A DNA stretch of 64,000 nt from Octopus sinensis (taxonomy: Eukaryota), in NCBI RefSeq assembly GCF_006345805.1, contig NC_042999.1, forward strand, positions 76,818,001 through 76,882,000, read 5' to 3'. Below, piece after piece: positions 1-16,174 of the stretch. Under the pieces are notes generated by a model. It was given only the letters and a program-made list of their open reading frames with translations, was not told where the DNA came from and searched no databases. The position numbers and the translations under genes were made by a program. The number at the start of each line of letters is the position of its first letter. Position 1 is the first letter of the stretch.

Positions 1-2222
1 ATTGTAATTCTGATTCGAGTTACCCACCACGACCTCAAAAACAACTACAACACTGCAACCAATACCGACCGATCGATCCACCTACACAACACCACAACCA
101 GCCGCCATCACCACCAAACGAAAACAACCATTGCAGACACCACCACCTCATCAACACTAACCATTAGCTATATATCGATATATTCGATCACCAAACCCTA
201 TCAGTAGTTCCATCACTAAGGCTGCCAATAGTTCATCCTTATCACTAATCCAATCACTGAAACGTTGTCAAAATTAACCGTGTAAAACTCAATGTCACTC
301 CAGGGATATATTTCTCATCAAGTAAATTCCATAAAATGCCAGCCACCCCATCTCAAACCCGCCTCACATCACTTCACTATAATTACAACCACCTTACTTC
401 ACAACCCACCTACCATCACCACCACCAACACCAGTCACTTCATTCTCATGTTACAATCGCCGATGTCCAATCGTAGAAAATCCAGTAATATATTTACCGA
501 TGGATGATGGCTGCCACTTACGCATTTACTCTTCACGCTTACAATCGAATGATAATAATAACAACAACAACAACAACAACAATAATAATAATAATAATAA
601 TGGTGATAATAATAATCTCACTTATCCCTGATTTTGCATGCATATGAGTATGTGATTATTTAGGTATGTTTGCATGTATGTATGCAAACAAATCTGTATA
701 TACACAGAATTTGTATCGATAGTGTTAAGAAGTAGAGCTATCAACAGAAAAATGAAAGAATCCGAATACCTTTAGTGAGTGAACCAACTCACGTTGTTAG
801 CCGTAATCAAATCTCGACTCTCAAAGAGAATGAGATATTATCTAGCTCGTCCATTTTTCTCTTCAATAGAATACTCGGGATTTAACTTATACTTGACCTG
901 TCTCAAACCCCTACAATCATTTATAACAAAACTACAACAGCTTTTGTCATTTAAATAAACCACGAGAAAGGAAGTGGTCACGTAGCTTTACTTTCACTGA
1001 ATTGAACAGAGGGGGATTTTATTTTAATGTTTATTACATTCTCTCACATCAGAGTTTTAGCTCTGCTGTTGTTAAACGCTGAAAGAAAATAGGATTAATC
1101 TTGAAATAATTCTACCCCGAATCGACATTTTTGACATGTTGTTACAGTGACAATGTTTAAGTGAATCATTAGAAATCAGTGATAGTAATAACGTGTCGAA
1201 GCAAAGCACTTGAGCAACCGCAATGATTTTAACCAGTACACAGATATACACATGGAAAAAAAACACGCACACAACCACACAGACACACTCACGCAACCAC
1301 ATACACTCTCATACACACCGAAAACACTGCGGCAAATAGAAGACTATAGGAACACGCTAAGACACACAGACACACATACAAAGACATGCGCGCGCAAACA
1401 CAAGCCTGCTCACATTTAGATACCAGCATCATCACTCATCATCCTCCCAAAATAGCGCAGAATTCAAGTGAATGATAGACATACACGAGACCTGCAATTT
1501 GTATATGATACCTGATGTTCCACAAAAGTCACTGACATTGTTTGTATAAGACATGCACATGCAGACCTGTGTTCACGGCATTAATACAAATGTAAAATAA
1601 AAAGAAAAAAAACTACAACTACTATTACTACTACGACTACTTAACAACATGGAATTTAGCAAGCTTTTGTTATTTCATTTCGCTACTTTAAAATATCACA
1701 AAGAAAGAAGTAGCTGTCAGTGTTAAAGAGAGCTTCATTGTTCAAACTTGGCAATTGTTACACTGGTGTTCAAAGTATTTGTTTGACAGAATGGCATCGA
1801 ACCAATAGGAATATTCATTAAGAAATGAATATATATATACGCACACACACACACAGACACACACATGTGCATGTATGTGTGTGTATGTGTTACACATATA
1901 TAGACACGCACATGCATACATAGATGCATAGAGATTATAAATTCACGTTTATATCAATAATAATTGGTACACTTGGTTTTATGAGTAAACGCCAAAGTAA
2001 TAACCTGGGTAAGCTAAGGTTTTCAGAAAAAGAAATCAACCACCAAACTCGCACATTACAAATACAACCCGTAAGTGGAACAGTAGAATATGTAAAACTT
2101 TTCTCAAGTCAAAAATATGGCATTGGTTTTATCTACATTCCAACTATGGGGCTGTGTATCTTCGTTAGAAACCAGCCCCTTCCTCACCGGAAAAATTTTA
2201 ATAATTAAAAACAGGAGAGAAC

Positions 2223-2253
<31 letters not shown>

Positions 2254-3286
2254 CATACATACATACATACATACATACATACATACATACATACATACAT
2301 CTTACTACTAAATAGGTAATCAGTTGAAATTTACACTGCATTACAACAAAACAGACATACATACCTCAATTATTATGGATAATGTGCGCTGCATGATCTC
2401 AACAGCATTCGAAAATGCAATATTGAAACAAATGTGTGTGTGTGTATGTGTGTGTGTGTGTGCGTGTGTGTGCGTGTGTGTGTGTGTGTTTGCGCGCGCG
2501 TCCTGTGTGTGTGTGTGTGTGCATAAAGTCATCCATTAACGTCTAGACCTAAAAAAATACGAAATATTTTTAATTTTCTGGAACACCTTACATAGAAAAA
2601 CATTCTGCATACGATTTTCGATATAAATGAAGAAAGAAATAAATGAATTGGAAAAATGTTTTATGCTTTCAGAGTTTATGAAGCATATACAAAAAACAAC
2701 TCAATGCTTTTATTATTTGTTATTCCATTTAATATTGTAAAAGACATTTGTTTCCATTTTCTTTCTACGTTCTGAACATGTCCCCGTAACACCTTACTAC
2801 ATTTCAAAATTATCCTTTTATGTGGAGCATTATCTCTACATTCGAATCTGCATGCATTTATCATCTTACTGTCTTCAAAACATTTAAAAAATAGAATTGT
2901 GATCTTTATTTCTGTTGTGTGGACGCCCCCAGACGATGAAGTAACTAGCCCAGTACGTAGATATAGAGGAATAAGTCTAGACGTCGGGAGTTGAGCAGAG
3001 GTCATCGGAACGAGCGATATAACAATTTCATAACTAGCTGATTCTGTGCCGTCAAAAATGACGGTTAATTGTAGTAATTTTAAATAGAAATAAGGTATAG
3101 AATAAGGCACATAATAATCACAGATACAAACAATCACGTAGTTCCTTTGTACATGGACACACATACAACCATATACTGACACAGAGTTGAAACGCTGATT
3201 TCTTTTTCACTCCTTCCTTCCTCATTCATATGTTGTGACGCAGAGACACGACGCGCTCCTTGTCACTTCCTTTCTCTCATTGCTAT

Positions 3287-3349
<63 letters not shown>

Positions 3350-3462
3350 GGAGCTACTACTCTCACCACTTCTTCACTGAATTACTATTTTCTCTCCTCT
3401 CCCTTCACTTATACTATCCTTTCTCCTACTCCGTCCTACTCATACTCTGTGATATTGGATAA

Positions 3463-3497
<35 letters not shown>

Positions 3498-3849
3498 ACA
3501 CTATGCTCATTATTATATTAGAGTATTCTCTATTCAGTTTCATCTCTTACGTCTTTGTCATAATCCTCACAATAAGCATGTTGCTACTTTAAATTTAAAA
3601 GGTCTTCATCATTGATGTCTACGACTTACCAATAAGCCAATTCTCTGCCATTACTGGCACCTTATTTGTGCTTAGATCCTCCAAGAGGACATGTTTCAAA
3701 GTTGTCAACTATCGTAAATTATTTATCAGCAGTATATGGAATTTGCAGTATTTATGATTTGATCGCAAACTACCGAACACATAAAGTCGAGAAACGCAAT
3801 ATTTGGCCACGTAGCAGTCGGAGTAATCTTTGGTGAGTATGTGTGTGTG

Positions 3850-4990
3850 TGTGTGTCTGTGGTGCCAAAAAAAGTCTCTATTTTAAGCGGCCATTGGAGT
3901 GGCGTTAGTGAAATTAGGCAGGTAGAATGTCTTCACGTAGCTATGGTTTTACCGCTTTTTTTTTTTTTAGTTTATATTATATTTGGAACTGATGCGCATT
4001 ATGTATTTATTGTTGAAACGTTTGTCAAGAATAGTGCGTTAGTGATTGCGATACAAAGAGCTTTTCGTATCCTTTTCGAGCTAAATCGAAATGAAGCGCT
4101 TTCAGACAGAAAACTCCATACTGCTATGGATTGATAATTCAAGACCATAGGTTGGGCGCTAAAAGAAAAACCTCTTAGAAGAGCTCGGATTGCTCGAGCT
4201 CTAGAAAGATATGAGACAACGTTTTGCATTCTCCTAAACGTTCAGCCATAAGTATGCTTGTGTTCTGAAGAATTTTTAACTCTAATTTCAAGTTCTAATC
4301 ACATAAAATTATGCCTCGTGATCGTGACTGGAAAACCCGCATGATATGCTGTGAGGATGTGCTTTTACAATGTTCTTGCAGATACTGTTTTTTCCTTGCA
4401 AGCGACGAAGTCCGCTTTCATTTGTCTAGCTGAATCAATAAGCAGAATTTTCGATACTGGGTGGAAAACAATCCTAAACAACATTATGAAAGGCTACACA
4501 GCACCCAAGTTACTGTATGGTGCATTGTTGCAAATCTTGATATTTAGTGCCTTGACTTTTTTATGAGCGAAGCAAAATGGTTACAGTAACATGTGGAGAT
4601 ACTACGAAACTTTGAGCCAAAACTCACAGAGTTCCAAAATGTGGATTTATGGTTTCAGTAGGATTGAGCCACCGCTCAAACAGAGAGACGATGAATGGTA
4701 GTTTTGAGAAAACAGTTCCCAGGATACTTGATTTCATTGCACGGCGACGATCGCTTGATCTTACTTCTCTGATTATTTTCTCTGCAATTATCCGAAAGCT
4801 CTACAAACATCGACCAATAACCACTGAAGAAATGCAAAATTATCGCCAGAAATGACTTACCGAATGATGAAAAGCTTCAGAAATCGATAATGTATCGTGA
4901 TTTTAGTCCATCAATTGTAAGGTATCATTTTCAAAGCCAAATGAAACCAACTGTATCTATTCACGTTAACGTTATTAAAATATGTTTTGA
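3850..4990 (+). mobile_element. Decayed Tc1/mariner transposon, DUF4817-type (probably rosa/DD41D-like)
   Basis: Interrupted motifs in order: HYVFIVETFVKNSALVIAIQRAFR (N-terminal HTH), SDEVRFHLSS*INKQNFRYWVENNP (from 4401), WFQ*D*ATA (from 4650, equivalent to WFQQDGATAH) and RRSLDLT (equivalent to RSPDLT). Confidence 0.8.
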
Positions 4991-5105
4991 ATAACATTTA
5001 TCTTTTTGCCAACCTGTAAATTATGGGAGATATATTTTATTTCTTTCGTATCCTGTATGCACACACACACACACACACACACACATACATACACAGATAC
5101 ATACA

Positions 5106-5225
<120 letters not shown>

Positions 5226-6191
5226 TATATTGGTGGGGTAAGATTTAATGACATGAAAAGATTGCGTTTCACTCTGAAAACTACATTATTCTTTGATATA
5301 CACCTGTAACTTTGTCGAACTTCTTCGTAGGATTTCGTTCAGAATGAAGAAAGATAGAGGATATTTTCTATGTATGTATGTGCGTGTGTGTATGTGTACA
5401 TATCTGTGTCTCTGTATGTGTGCATACAACAAATAATCTCATGTTTATTATGATATATATATAGATGGATACACATAAATAACATATATAAATAACCGTA
5501 CACCTAAATATATGTATAAATGCGCACACACACACACATACACGCACGTACATACATGCACTATTATTGTTTATCAGCAACTATAATGACTTGCATGAAA
5601 TATACGCCTGTCGAAAGTCCATTAAATCTATTCCTTATAATTACGTTACCGTAAGCACACAAACGTACACAAACACATCGTAAAACATAGTAATGCACAG
5701 AGCCACTGCTTTTAATCATTTCCCTTGATATGCTTGGTCAACCGATCAAAATGTTTAAAGTAGATGCACACACATACACACACATATATGGCAATGTGTA
5801 AATTTATATAAAGGTAATGTAAATGATGTATATTTATACAGGTAATTTATACATATATAGATATATGCATATGTGTATAGTTTATATATATACACATATA
5901 GGTATTATAAATATGCATACCGAATATAATACACACATTTACAGACATATACACCGGTACTCACACATTATATATATATATATACATATATATACACATA
6001 CATATAAATATATATACGTATATACATACACATACATAAATATGCATTTATACATACATATACATGCATATATGTATGTATATATACATATATGTATACT
6101 TACATGTACATGCATATATATATATATATATATACTTACATATACATACATATACATATATACATGTATATACATACATGTATATATACGC

Positions 6192-6272
<81 letters not shown>

Positions 6273-6648
6273 GTCAGAGAGCAAAGAACGTACGTTTAGG
6301 CCTGATTATCGTTAAGTTTGTTTAGTGAGAGGGCTATGTTGTTTATTAATTTAACGGCATTTACGAAATACCAATGCTACATCACAGACTCAGATGCGCT
6401 TCAACGAATTTGTATTATATGATGACGTGTGTAAGATTAAAGTATTTTTTAGCAGCGTCAAAATTTCATGAAGTTTACATGCTAAATTTCTCGTGAATAA
6501 AGAGTATGTTAATAGTATATAAAGTGATGTTTTACAAATTAAAGGAAATAATGCTGTTGCTCTTCTGTTTTACCTTTTTTTTTTTTTGTGGTGGGGTTGA
6601 TGTTTTTGTTGGAGGAAAAATGAACAAATTTCAAAAATATAACTTAAT

Positions 6649-6649
<1 letters not shown>

Positions 6650-6721
<72 letters not shown>

Positions 6722-6794
6722 GTAGTTAGGTAGGTAGGTAGGTAGGTAGGTAGGTAGGTAGGTAGGTAGGTAGGTAGGTGGGTAGGTAGGTAGG

Positions 6795-6887
<93 letters not shown>

Positions 6888-6905
6888 TAGATAGATAGAT
6901 AGATA
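6650..6905. repeat. Compound (GATA)n/(GGTA)n/(GATA)n microsatellite
   Basis: Directly visible tetranucleotide arrays. Confidence 0.97.
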
Positions 6906-7899
6906 TGAAATGTTGTTAAACTAAAATGTATGGTATATACAGACATGTTCAGAAAGTGCCCGCGCACACACACACACACACACATACATGCATGCGTGTG
7001 CACATACGTGTGTGTGTGTCTGTCTGTGTCTGTGCGCGCGCGAGTGCCTGTGTAGTCCGTTTACTTGTATACCGGATAATAGAATAATGCCGTTAAATAC
7101 ATAAGATTTCAAAACATCGAACCTTTTAACATTAAATCTGTGTAAAATTCGTCGTTTATTTGCATATACAAATAACAGCAATTTCGGTTAATTTCATGAG
7201 ATTTTTTCACAGATTTTTAGCGTAACAAAATGTCGAAATTTAACACAAAACAGAACATTAATTTTGTTTTATATGAATGAAATGAATCTGTAAAATTCCA
7301 TTTTCATGATGAATAAACAACTAATGTCAAAAGAGTCAAATATAATCATATTACTTTTACCATTTCAATAAATTAAAGTTATTCATACCATTTCAGTAAA
7401 TTAAATATAGATTCCGGTGTATTTTGGTCTTGTTTGTGTAATAAATCTTCATTGTAGATAAAATTTCTAAAAGAAAATAATTTTGAACCAAGGAGTGAAT
7501 GGACGTTACTTTGTTCTTTTCATTATCGACACACTCGCCTTTGGTATAGACCCAATCTAAATTGTTGTTAATCCGATTGACCCTTATTATTATGTAGCCC
7601 AGAATGCTTGAGAATCATTGTCCGGTCGAATAAACCTGGTTAAAATGTATAATTAAAGAATTTATAAAACGAATTAAAAATTTCGTTGGAGATAGTTTAG
7701 ACGAATCTCATACCAATAAATATATAGTAAAGAAGAACAGTTTAGACAAGGTTGAACGTACTATATATTGCAAAAAATAGTTGTTTTATTTTTTTCTACC
7801 GGTCGTATTTCATAATCTATCACATACTACGCGAATTCGGTTAATTAAACACTATATATAAAAGATACTGTTGAAAAAGCGTATTCTGACTAAAGTACA

Positions 7900-8990
7900 T
7901 CTGGAGCCAATGTAGATAATAAGTTCAGATTTAGAATAAAACATATCTCCTATCAAAAAAAAGAAAAACCAATTTGAAATGTTTGAAACAAACCTTTTGA
8001 ACCTTGAGGAGTAAACTTCCGGTAAATTCAGAATAGGTTTTTAAATTCTTCCATGCAAATTCCTCTGTCTGTCAAACCAAATACTTTTTACAGTATCGTG
8101 AGAAATCCATATAACAGACTATTATGTAAGAACGTAACTAGCACAGGAAAAACGGCTCTAATACATATAGTTTAATAAAATTGAAAGCCACGGAAATTGT
8201 CGCAACCTTCAAAACAGACAACAAAAAATTTCACTTCGCACACATCAGATATTACATTTAAAGATTACAAAAATTGTTTTCTCTAGTAACCTATATGCAG
8301 GTTAATCTATGCACCAAAATTGGGGTAGGCAGAGTTAACAAATTAAACGTATTTTAAATTTCGTTATTCTTAGAACAAAAGAAAAGCAAAAAAGAAAACG
8401 AAACTTTTTCTCACATCATGAAGCATTAATACGGCCATAATAGACTGGTTTAGCGGTATTAATGACAGACAACACTGTAAATTTATGCAATTTGACGAAA
8501 TTGAATCTTTATTTATAGAAGAGCAGTGCCCTTCCATGACTAAATTACTTCTTAAAATTTAAACTATCACCAACAGCATCACAGAATCCTATAGCAAGAG
8601 CAATATGAAACAAGGAAAAGCGTTTCATTTTTAAATAACTCATCCTTGTTAAAAAACATAAAGTGGTGACAAGTGGTTTGAGGTTTTCATAGGATCACGT
8701 GAAGAACTACAGTAATTTATAATTTTGATTTCTTTCCTAAAAGATTTCTATAAGATATGATCGTCGTATAATCTCGTACAGTATGAACGCTGCTGAGCTA
8801 GGATTGGGGAAAACCTCAATGAAATAAGTTTAAGAGTTACAGCCTAGACAAGCCAAGTTAGTTTTCTGGAGATTAGCTTAAATGTAGATACGAATATATT
8901 TTGCCCACAATAAAAAACCTAATGGAAAACTATTTCATATAAGAATTCGCTTCATTAGTCCCACATGGCATTCTCAGAAATGTAGTATGT
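7900..8990 (+). mobile_element. Decayed Penelope-like element reverse transcriptase fragment
   Basis: Frameshifted motifs in the expected order: EMFETNLLNL, YNRLLCKNVTST, CRLI, AIIDWFSGINDRQHCKFMQFD (from 8434) and VSFLEISLNVDTNIFCP..KPN (from 8857). These resemble the PLE RT motifs VIxWF...FxQFDI and VNFLDVTLNL...PYxKPN. Confidence 0.7.
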
Positions 8991-11966
8991 AATCTTTTAT
9001 CTTTCACTTGTTTCAGTCATTAGACTGCGGCCATACTGAGATCTTGAAGAAAAAGTTCTAAAATAGTTTGTCCGGAAGTTACATTGTATTGGGCGGGTTT
9101 TGTTTTATCTTTCATCAATATGTTCTTCCATGAAAGTAAAACAGAAAAAGATCCTTTTTTTTTACAAACCTTTCACAGCGTTTTTGGCTTTCAAAAGAAA
9201 CAATTTCAGCGACATTTAAGACGATAAAGTCAATTCGTGGAAATACTGTTCTATCTCTTCTGGGCATTTTCGTTCAAATTCACGCTGCAAGCAATGCCTG
9301 AACGAAACGTTATTCATATTATTTCAAGATAATCCATAGTTTAAACGAACGATCAGATGTTAATTCACTGTAGACACGATTCTAAATATTTAATTTACTA
9401 TATTTCCCTTAAGGGCTAAATCAAACAGTAGTATGTGCCGCAAATAGTTGAATATTAAGAATATTCGGAATCATATGTACTTCAACACCGCAGAGTCTAG
9501 AGATTTTAACGAAAGCTTGATACCTCAAATTATTCTGGCTGCACAGTTTGTTTGCCTTTGTTTGTTCAGACACGCGTAAACAATCAAGTATAAATGAAAG
9601 ACAGTGTGAATTAGAAGTTTCCAGTGCAACTACACTGTTTGATGTTTAATTTCGCCATTACGGCATCTAGATCAAGTGTCATCTATTATAGTTCAGGCTC
9701 CACTAAAGCTTTGTGAAATTTGGTAGATGGAAATTGCATCGAAGCTTCTCCGAAAGGCCGTTCTTGTTTGGAATAACTTAATCCTTTACATTACCAGGCT
9801 CATGGGTGATTTCAACGGAGTTTGCTCTGTCACAGATACCCTTGGTAAGTCTCCTATCACAGAATTAAGTTTTCCCAGCTACGATGTTCAGAAGCTATAG
9901 ATTGCATCACTGGCACTGTACTTTCTCCTCTGGATAAACATTGAAAGGCTTTCTTATAAATAGAAACACGTTCTTCAAACTCTTATAATGAATACTATTT
10001 TAAAATTATGATAAATATAATTTTCAATAATCATTATACACACCACACATGCATACATTCATATATATATATATATATATAAACACATACACGCACTCAC
10101 GCTTGGATGTATGCGTTCTTAAATATATTATATATATTTTAAATATATATATATAATCTTTCTTCATATATATACTAACCACATTTTCTCATATATACCT
10201 TGAATTTCTCTATAATATAAGCAGAGCACGATTTCGCTAATCGAGTACTCTTGAGTCCGGGATACTAACAGATCATCAAAACTACCAATGTATTGAGAAC
10301 TCAGTTTTAGAAAGAAAAAAAAAGCTGGTATAATCAGATTATCAAATAGATGACTCTAGTCTTCATTACACTCGATATCTGCCGGTCGCTTTTCACTTGA
10401 ATGATTAAGTTCTCGAATTCCATGTCGTACTTTAAAACCCCTAAATCACCAAAAAATGAACACACAATTCTACGCAATACCCATATCTTTATGTAATTGC
10501 TTGGCGATTTCAACGACCATTGGCTTTGAAATTGGTTTATTCTTGGATCACTTTGCAAGAAATCACTTAAATAACACTGTATCGACTTTTGAAAGTTTAT
10601 ATTTTATTTATTATTATTATTTTCTTTTTGTAACGTTTGTCACACATCAACACTTCTAATTACCTTTCATTCAGACATAAATTACATTCACATAACCTTT
10701 AGTTTCTCAATGTCACAAAAAGGGTGAACTACATATGTTCATGTTGAATTGCATTTCGGTTTTCACCTCAGCTCGATCGTTGTGTGATTTCAATCTCTGA
10801 ATGCAATATGAGAGTTACATGCTTTCTTTTCACACCTTTCTTTCCAAATTAGTCAATCTTCCTAACATCGGAAGACCTCTACACTAATGGATGGACAATA
10901 TATAAGTTGATAAAAGCTGATGCAAAACATTTAGGCGATGATGTCTGCTGTTTTCAACTTTATTGTAGACAATGACAGGCTGACCTCAGTGCCCAGTGAT
11001 GGTGCTTAGGCAAAAAATTTGGAAAAGCAAACAGAGAAAAATAGGGTTAGACCCGACAATTGGGTCTACCGCACTATTTGATACTGATTAATGAAATTTT
11101 ACAGCGTGTGTGTGTGTGTATGTGTGTGTGTGCATACAGAAATGGATAGATAGCAATGCATGTATTTATGCACGATGTGTCTGTTCAAACGCCCCTCTAT
11201 ATTTTAAACATATACACACACATGCACATTTCCTACGCGCGCGCACGCATGAGGAGAGTTTGCGTCTGTTAGAGTAGAGAAAATGCACGAGTATGAAATT
11301 CCAAAAGGCTAAACTTGAACTTCCGGTCATCTGCGAAGAGTTACTGGCGGCCAGCGGTGACAAGTTTACTTCGCAAAAGCTAATTCTTGCTCGCTATCAA
11401 AACCACTCAGATAAAATGCTTCAGATATTATTTCAGAAAGTTTCGATGTGAAGTAGAGGAGTCTATACAGACAGATATACATAGATAGAGAGATGTGTGC
11501 ATGTGTGAGTGAGAGAGAGCGTGAGTGAGTGAGTGGATGAGGGAAGGCGGGGAGCATGTCTAAACATACAGAATACAAAGATGCATGAACTATGGAACCG
11601 TACAAACTACTAGGACACGCACTATTTTGCTTTCAAATTGCGTGGTTTTCAAAAGTATTTGCGTATGTTTAGATATACACATACACATATAAGTGCATGT
11701 ATGTGCATGAACGTATATACGTACATACATTTATGGCACTAACTATATATGTAATGTATACGCATGAGATATTAAGGCGCATATCATTTGACTATCAGAA
11801 TCAGGATAACACGCCATTCTTCGTGAATATAGATGACAAGAGCAAGAACAGGGGAAATTATGGAAACTCATTAATTCCATCTCTTATTCATACACATAGC
11901 ATTTATGTATAAAATTACTGCCACACACACGCACACGTGTGCATATATTGGTTGTATATATGCAAT

Positions 11967-12004
<38 letters not shown>

Positions 12005-12911
12005 CTCTCCCTCTCCTTATATATATATATATATATCATAGTATCGACCTGACTATCGGATGTTCTACACTGCTGGTTACAATGCAAAGCGCATTGTTTT
12101 AACTATCGAATGATGTCACCCAGCTTGCTAGGGCAGGTAGGCCAATATGTATATATCAGCATATCTATATTTATATATGTATGTGTGTACATACGTATGA
12201 ATACATGTACAGATAGTTATTTATGAGTGTGCATATATCGTATGCACACTCATAAATAAGTTTATATTCACACACAGTTATATACATGTGAGAGGGGGAA
12301 ATGTATTTATATAAAGTAATCAGTATAAGAGTACATGTCCCATAAGTAAGGTAACATTTAACATTGAAATGTAATTAAGAATTTGCGTAACCTGTGTTCT
12401 CCTAAGTTAAAGGTGGGGTGTATTTTAATCAAAGCCATTCTACCTATGTATATATGATTATGTGCTGTGTTTATGGATGACTGTTTAAATTTGTGTATGT
12501 GCATTACTATGTATAAATATGTATAAAATGCATTTGAGTATAAATTTATGCAAATGTATGTGCTTGTAATCGCCAAACAGCGTACAGTTTATCAGTATAT
12601 GTGTTTAATACGCATTATCTACTACATCTAAAGAATACATATGAATGTTTTATGTATATTTAGGTGAGATTCTCTTTTATGTGTCAGTGTGTGGACGCAC
12701 GTCTCTACAGTTACATTTCTGAGCATATGCATGTTTGTGTACACACACACACACACCTATACAAATCTACATACATAAATATATTCACCAACTTGGAGAT
12801 GGATTGGTAGATATCTAAATTATACCTATAAGGTGTGCGCGTGTGTATACGTGCGTTTAATATATAAAATTCAGTACGTGTGAATGCGTGTGTATAAACA
12901 TAACTTCACAG

Positions 12912-12966
<55 letters not shown>

Positions 12967-13463
12967 GATGATGTTCAGAGATAATTATATATACACGTAC
13001 ATATCTGACAGGAATATGACACACAAGCACATAAGCATGCGCGAACAAACACACAGTCATAGAAATAAGTACACACACACATACACAGGAAGGCAACAAC
13101 AAGGGACTAAGGAAATACAACAATTCTCCTAATTGTCTCAATGAATCCAATTACTGACAGAGAAGAAATGGTGCAAACAATACAAAAGACAAAGGATTGC
13201 TCTCGCACATATCTGCAAATGCACACTACACTTTTATTGTCTTCCAGAACATTATCTTTATAGTCGCCTGATTTTAGAGTCATTGTGACTGTTTGTGCAG
13301 CAAATATGCAGGCAACCATGTAGCATCACATCTAGATATGCATGCATGCATGTTACGTTACTATATCGCTCTCGACGTATATGTGAAATATGTGTGTGGA
13401 ATATCAAGTTTACGTACATTCTTGCATATATATGCGCACATACATGTGTATATTATATATATG

Positions 13464-13527
<64 letters not shown>

Positions 13528-13799
13528 CATATATATGTATATGCACATTATCCACACACACAGACACAAACACATTATATATATATATTATACATAAAGT
13601 GTTTGTGTGTGTGTGTATATACATATATATGTATATGTGTGTGTGCGTGTGTGTGTGTGTGTGTGTAAACCCATATATACACACACATATAAACTTTTAT
13701 ATGTTTCGGTCTAAAGACTGTAGCCATGCAGTGGCACCGCCGGTATTATCACCTTTTCAATGGTCATTCCTACGTCATTGGCTTTCGGTTAATAAGGGA

Positions 13800-14915
13800 G
13801 TTTCATACTGTTATCCTCTGGGAACTTGGACAGCACAAGGTCAAAATGCTTTCAAGAAATACCTAACCCTTCCCCCATTCTATGCATATTTTTCAGGTTT
13901 CTTTTTTTTTTTGCGTGATATTTCATAGCTATGGACCTTTGAATGCCAAGCTATTGCAGTATCTGGTCCTTATTCTACACGGGATGGATGAGATTTTTGG
14001 AACAGTGCAACTGAGTCGTGTTCGGAGGCTGGTATAATTTTAGGTACCACAGTTTGGCACCATCCCTCCCAGATATTCCATATCTATATCTCCACATATC
14101 TCCCCCGCTTTCGAGCCAAGAAGTAGAGTTACTATGTTTTCAGTCTCTCCCAGTAGCTCAAGTAAGTTATTTACGCAATCTTCTAGCTGCAGCGCCACTA
14201 ACCTGCCTTGTGTTTTGCTAGTAAATTGATCATAGTTGAGAGCAGTAGTCCAGAAGGCTGAGGAAAATGTCCTCCAGAGAACCAGCATACTTTTCTGGCC
14301 TCTTGTTCTGAAAGTTCTAAGAAACCATTCGGTCATTCACCTGCACAGTACTACCATCTAGGTAATATTACATGAAACGATGCATCGTTTCTCGTATCAA
14401 TCCCCAAGTCCCGTACTCTTTGACACTGGAATTGACACTTTCTTCTGTTCAATGTTTGAGTTCATTTTCAATCTCAAGAAGTGCTCGCTTGAGAAAAGAT
14501 TCTTTACCATCCTTTAGTGACCAATTTAGACGATTTTGAAACCTTTAATCTTCGTCTCATTACAATTTTATTATCTCTGGGAATTATTTTTCTGTTGAGC
14601 AAATTTACTGCATATATCTTGCTTGATTGTCATAAAGTTCTGTAGCTTTATGTCAATATCCTGCATAGAGAGAATGGCAGACCAGTTTTGTTCCCCGATG
14701 GATTTCTTTCTAAATGCCTTTCCAATTAGGTACAAGAATGTTCAGGTTGCATATCTGCAGTTTTTTATCGGCTAGTTCTAAATAATTTATGGTCATGAAA
14801 ATCCTTGGTGTCACATTAACATTGTGGATGAGCACCACATTATTTGTGAAGGAGAGATGCAAGACATTTTGAACATTTGTTGGGTGGAGCACCATTTGCT
14901 CCAAAAATATCATGT
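13800..14915 (-). mobile_element. Heavily deleted CR1/Jockey-group LINE
   Basis: LEQMVLHPTNVQNVLHLSFTNN..LIHNVNVTP (end of the APE endonuclease) at 14800-14913 and RIRTRYCNSLAFKGP (C-terminal region) near 13935-13977. Confidence 0.65.
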
Positions 14916-14989
14916 TTGTACTCTGCTTCCGTGTGGAAAAGGGAACCGAGAAACTCTAAGTACTAGCGTAGACAGTTATTATATAGGTT

Positions 14990-15150
14990 AGTCCACATTA
15001 TTCCGTAAGAAGCATAGAGCCGGTTTCCCAGTTCCTCTGGCATGTATGTTCTTCCCTGGAGCAATATGAAATGAATGTTTTACTCAAGTACACAACGGAT
15101 CGCTCGGTCCAGGAATTGAAACTACCATCTTAAGATCATTAGAACAACAC
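14990..15150 (-). mobile_element. Degraded tRNA-derived SINE (family 3-like)
   Basis: Reverse B-box-like CCAGGAATTGAAAC, plus similarity to the copy at 57432-57647. Confidence 0.5.
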
Positions 15151-15259
15151 CCAAGCCACATGTGCTTGGGTGTTGTATATATGCATGTATATATATATGC
15201 ATGTATGTAAATATATATATAACTGTCTGCGCTAGTACACACACACACACACACACACA

Positions 15260-15343
<84 letters not shown>

Positions 15344-16174
15344 CCACTGTTACTTGACTCAGGTATTCGACTATGTTTTGAATCGATACTGTGAGTTGTT
15401 CTCCGAGTACTTAGAGCTAGGTTTCTAATATATATCGTAAATAAATGAAAATAATGGTTCGGGAGAAGTAGGAATGAAAATAATGTGAAAGCTCATATAT
15501 CGAAAGCCATTTATCTAATTCCTTTATCAAAAATATGTGATCATAATGGATCCAAATAAGTGCCAAACTGCCAGAATGTATCGAATGGGAAGAAACAGCC
15601 AAAAGATGAAATATGAGATATGAACAAACGCACGAGAAATGTAATTGACAATGAAGATTTTAAACGAATGAAAAAAAATTTCTTTAAAATAGTTACTCAA
15701 ATCTGCAATTAGAATACCGCACTGTTTTTACTTAACTCTAGTTTTTAAATATCACTTTTATATGTTCTTGATAATTTTAAAAATATCTTATGTAAATTAA
15801 TTTTAGCTTTTATTTTTTTGTTACATATTTAAATCGTATATTACCATTTAAATTCTGCTCATGTCATTTTATGTGTTTCTTTTGCTGTGTTCCGTAGATT
15901 ACAGGATAGAAACTGAACAAAATAAAGAAGTTACATGCATGTACGGATTTTATCTTAATTTTAATTTCATTTACTTTTTGACACGCCTTTCGAATTTTCA
16001 TTATTCGCACATTTAGATACCAACGGGAGGAGAAAATTTTATTCCTTAAAGCCAGTTCAATACCTTGTTTAAGCACCATTTAATAACTTGGTGGCATTCT
16101 GAAGCAGACACTGACGACAAATAGTTCTAGCGATAAATTGATGTGGCAATGAACTGACCAGCGATAAATTGACC

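Noticed and set aside
2676-3182. 168-aa minus-strand ORF as a possible bib exon
   Set aside because: No MIP or Bib motifs and no recognisable domain.
10225-10290. Minus-strand TTGATGA...TTAGCGAAA hammerhead-like string
   Set aside because: C3 is missing, and stems I and II do not pair convincingly.
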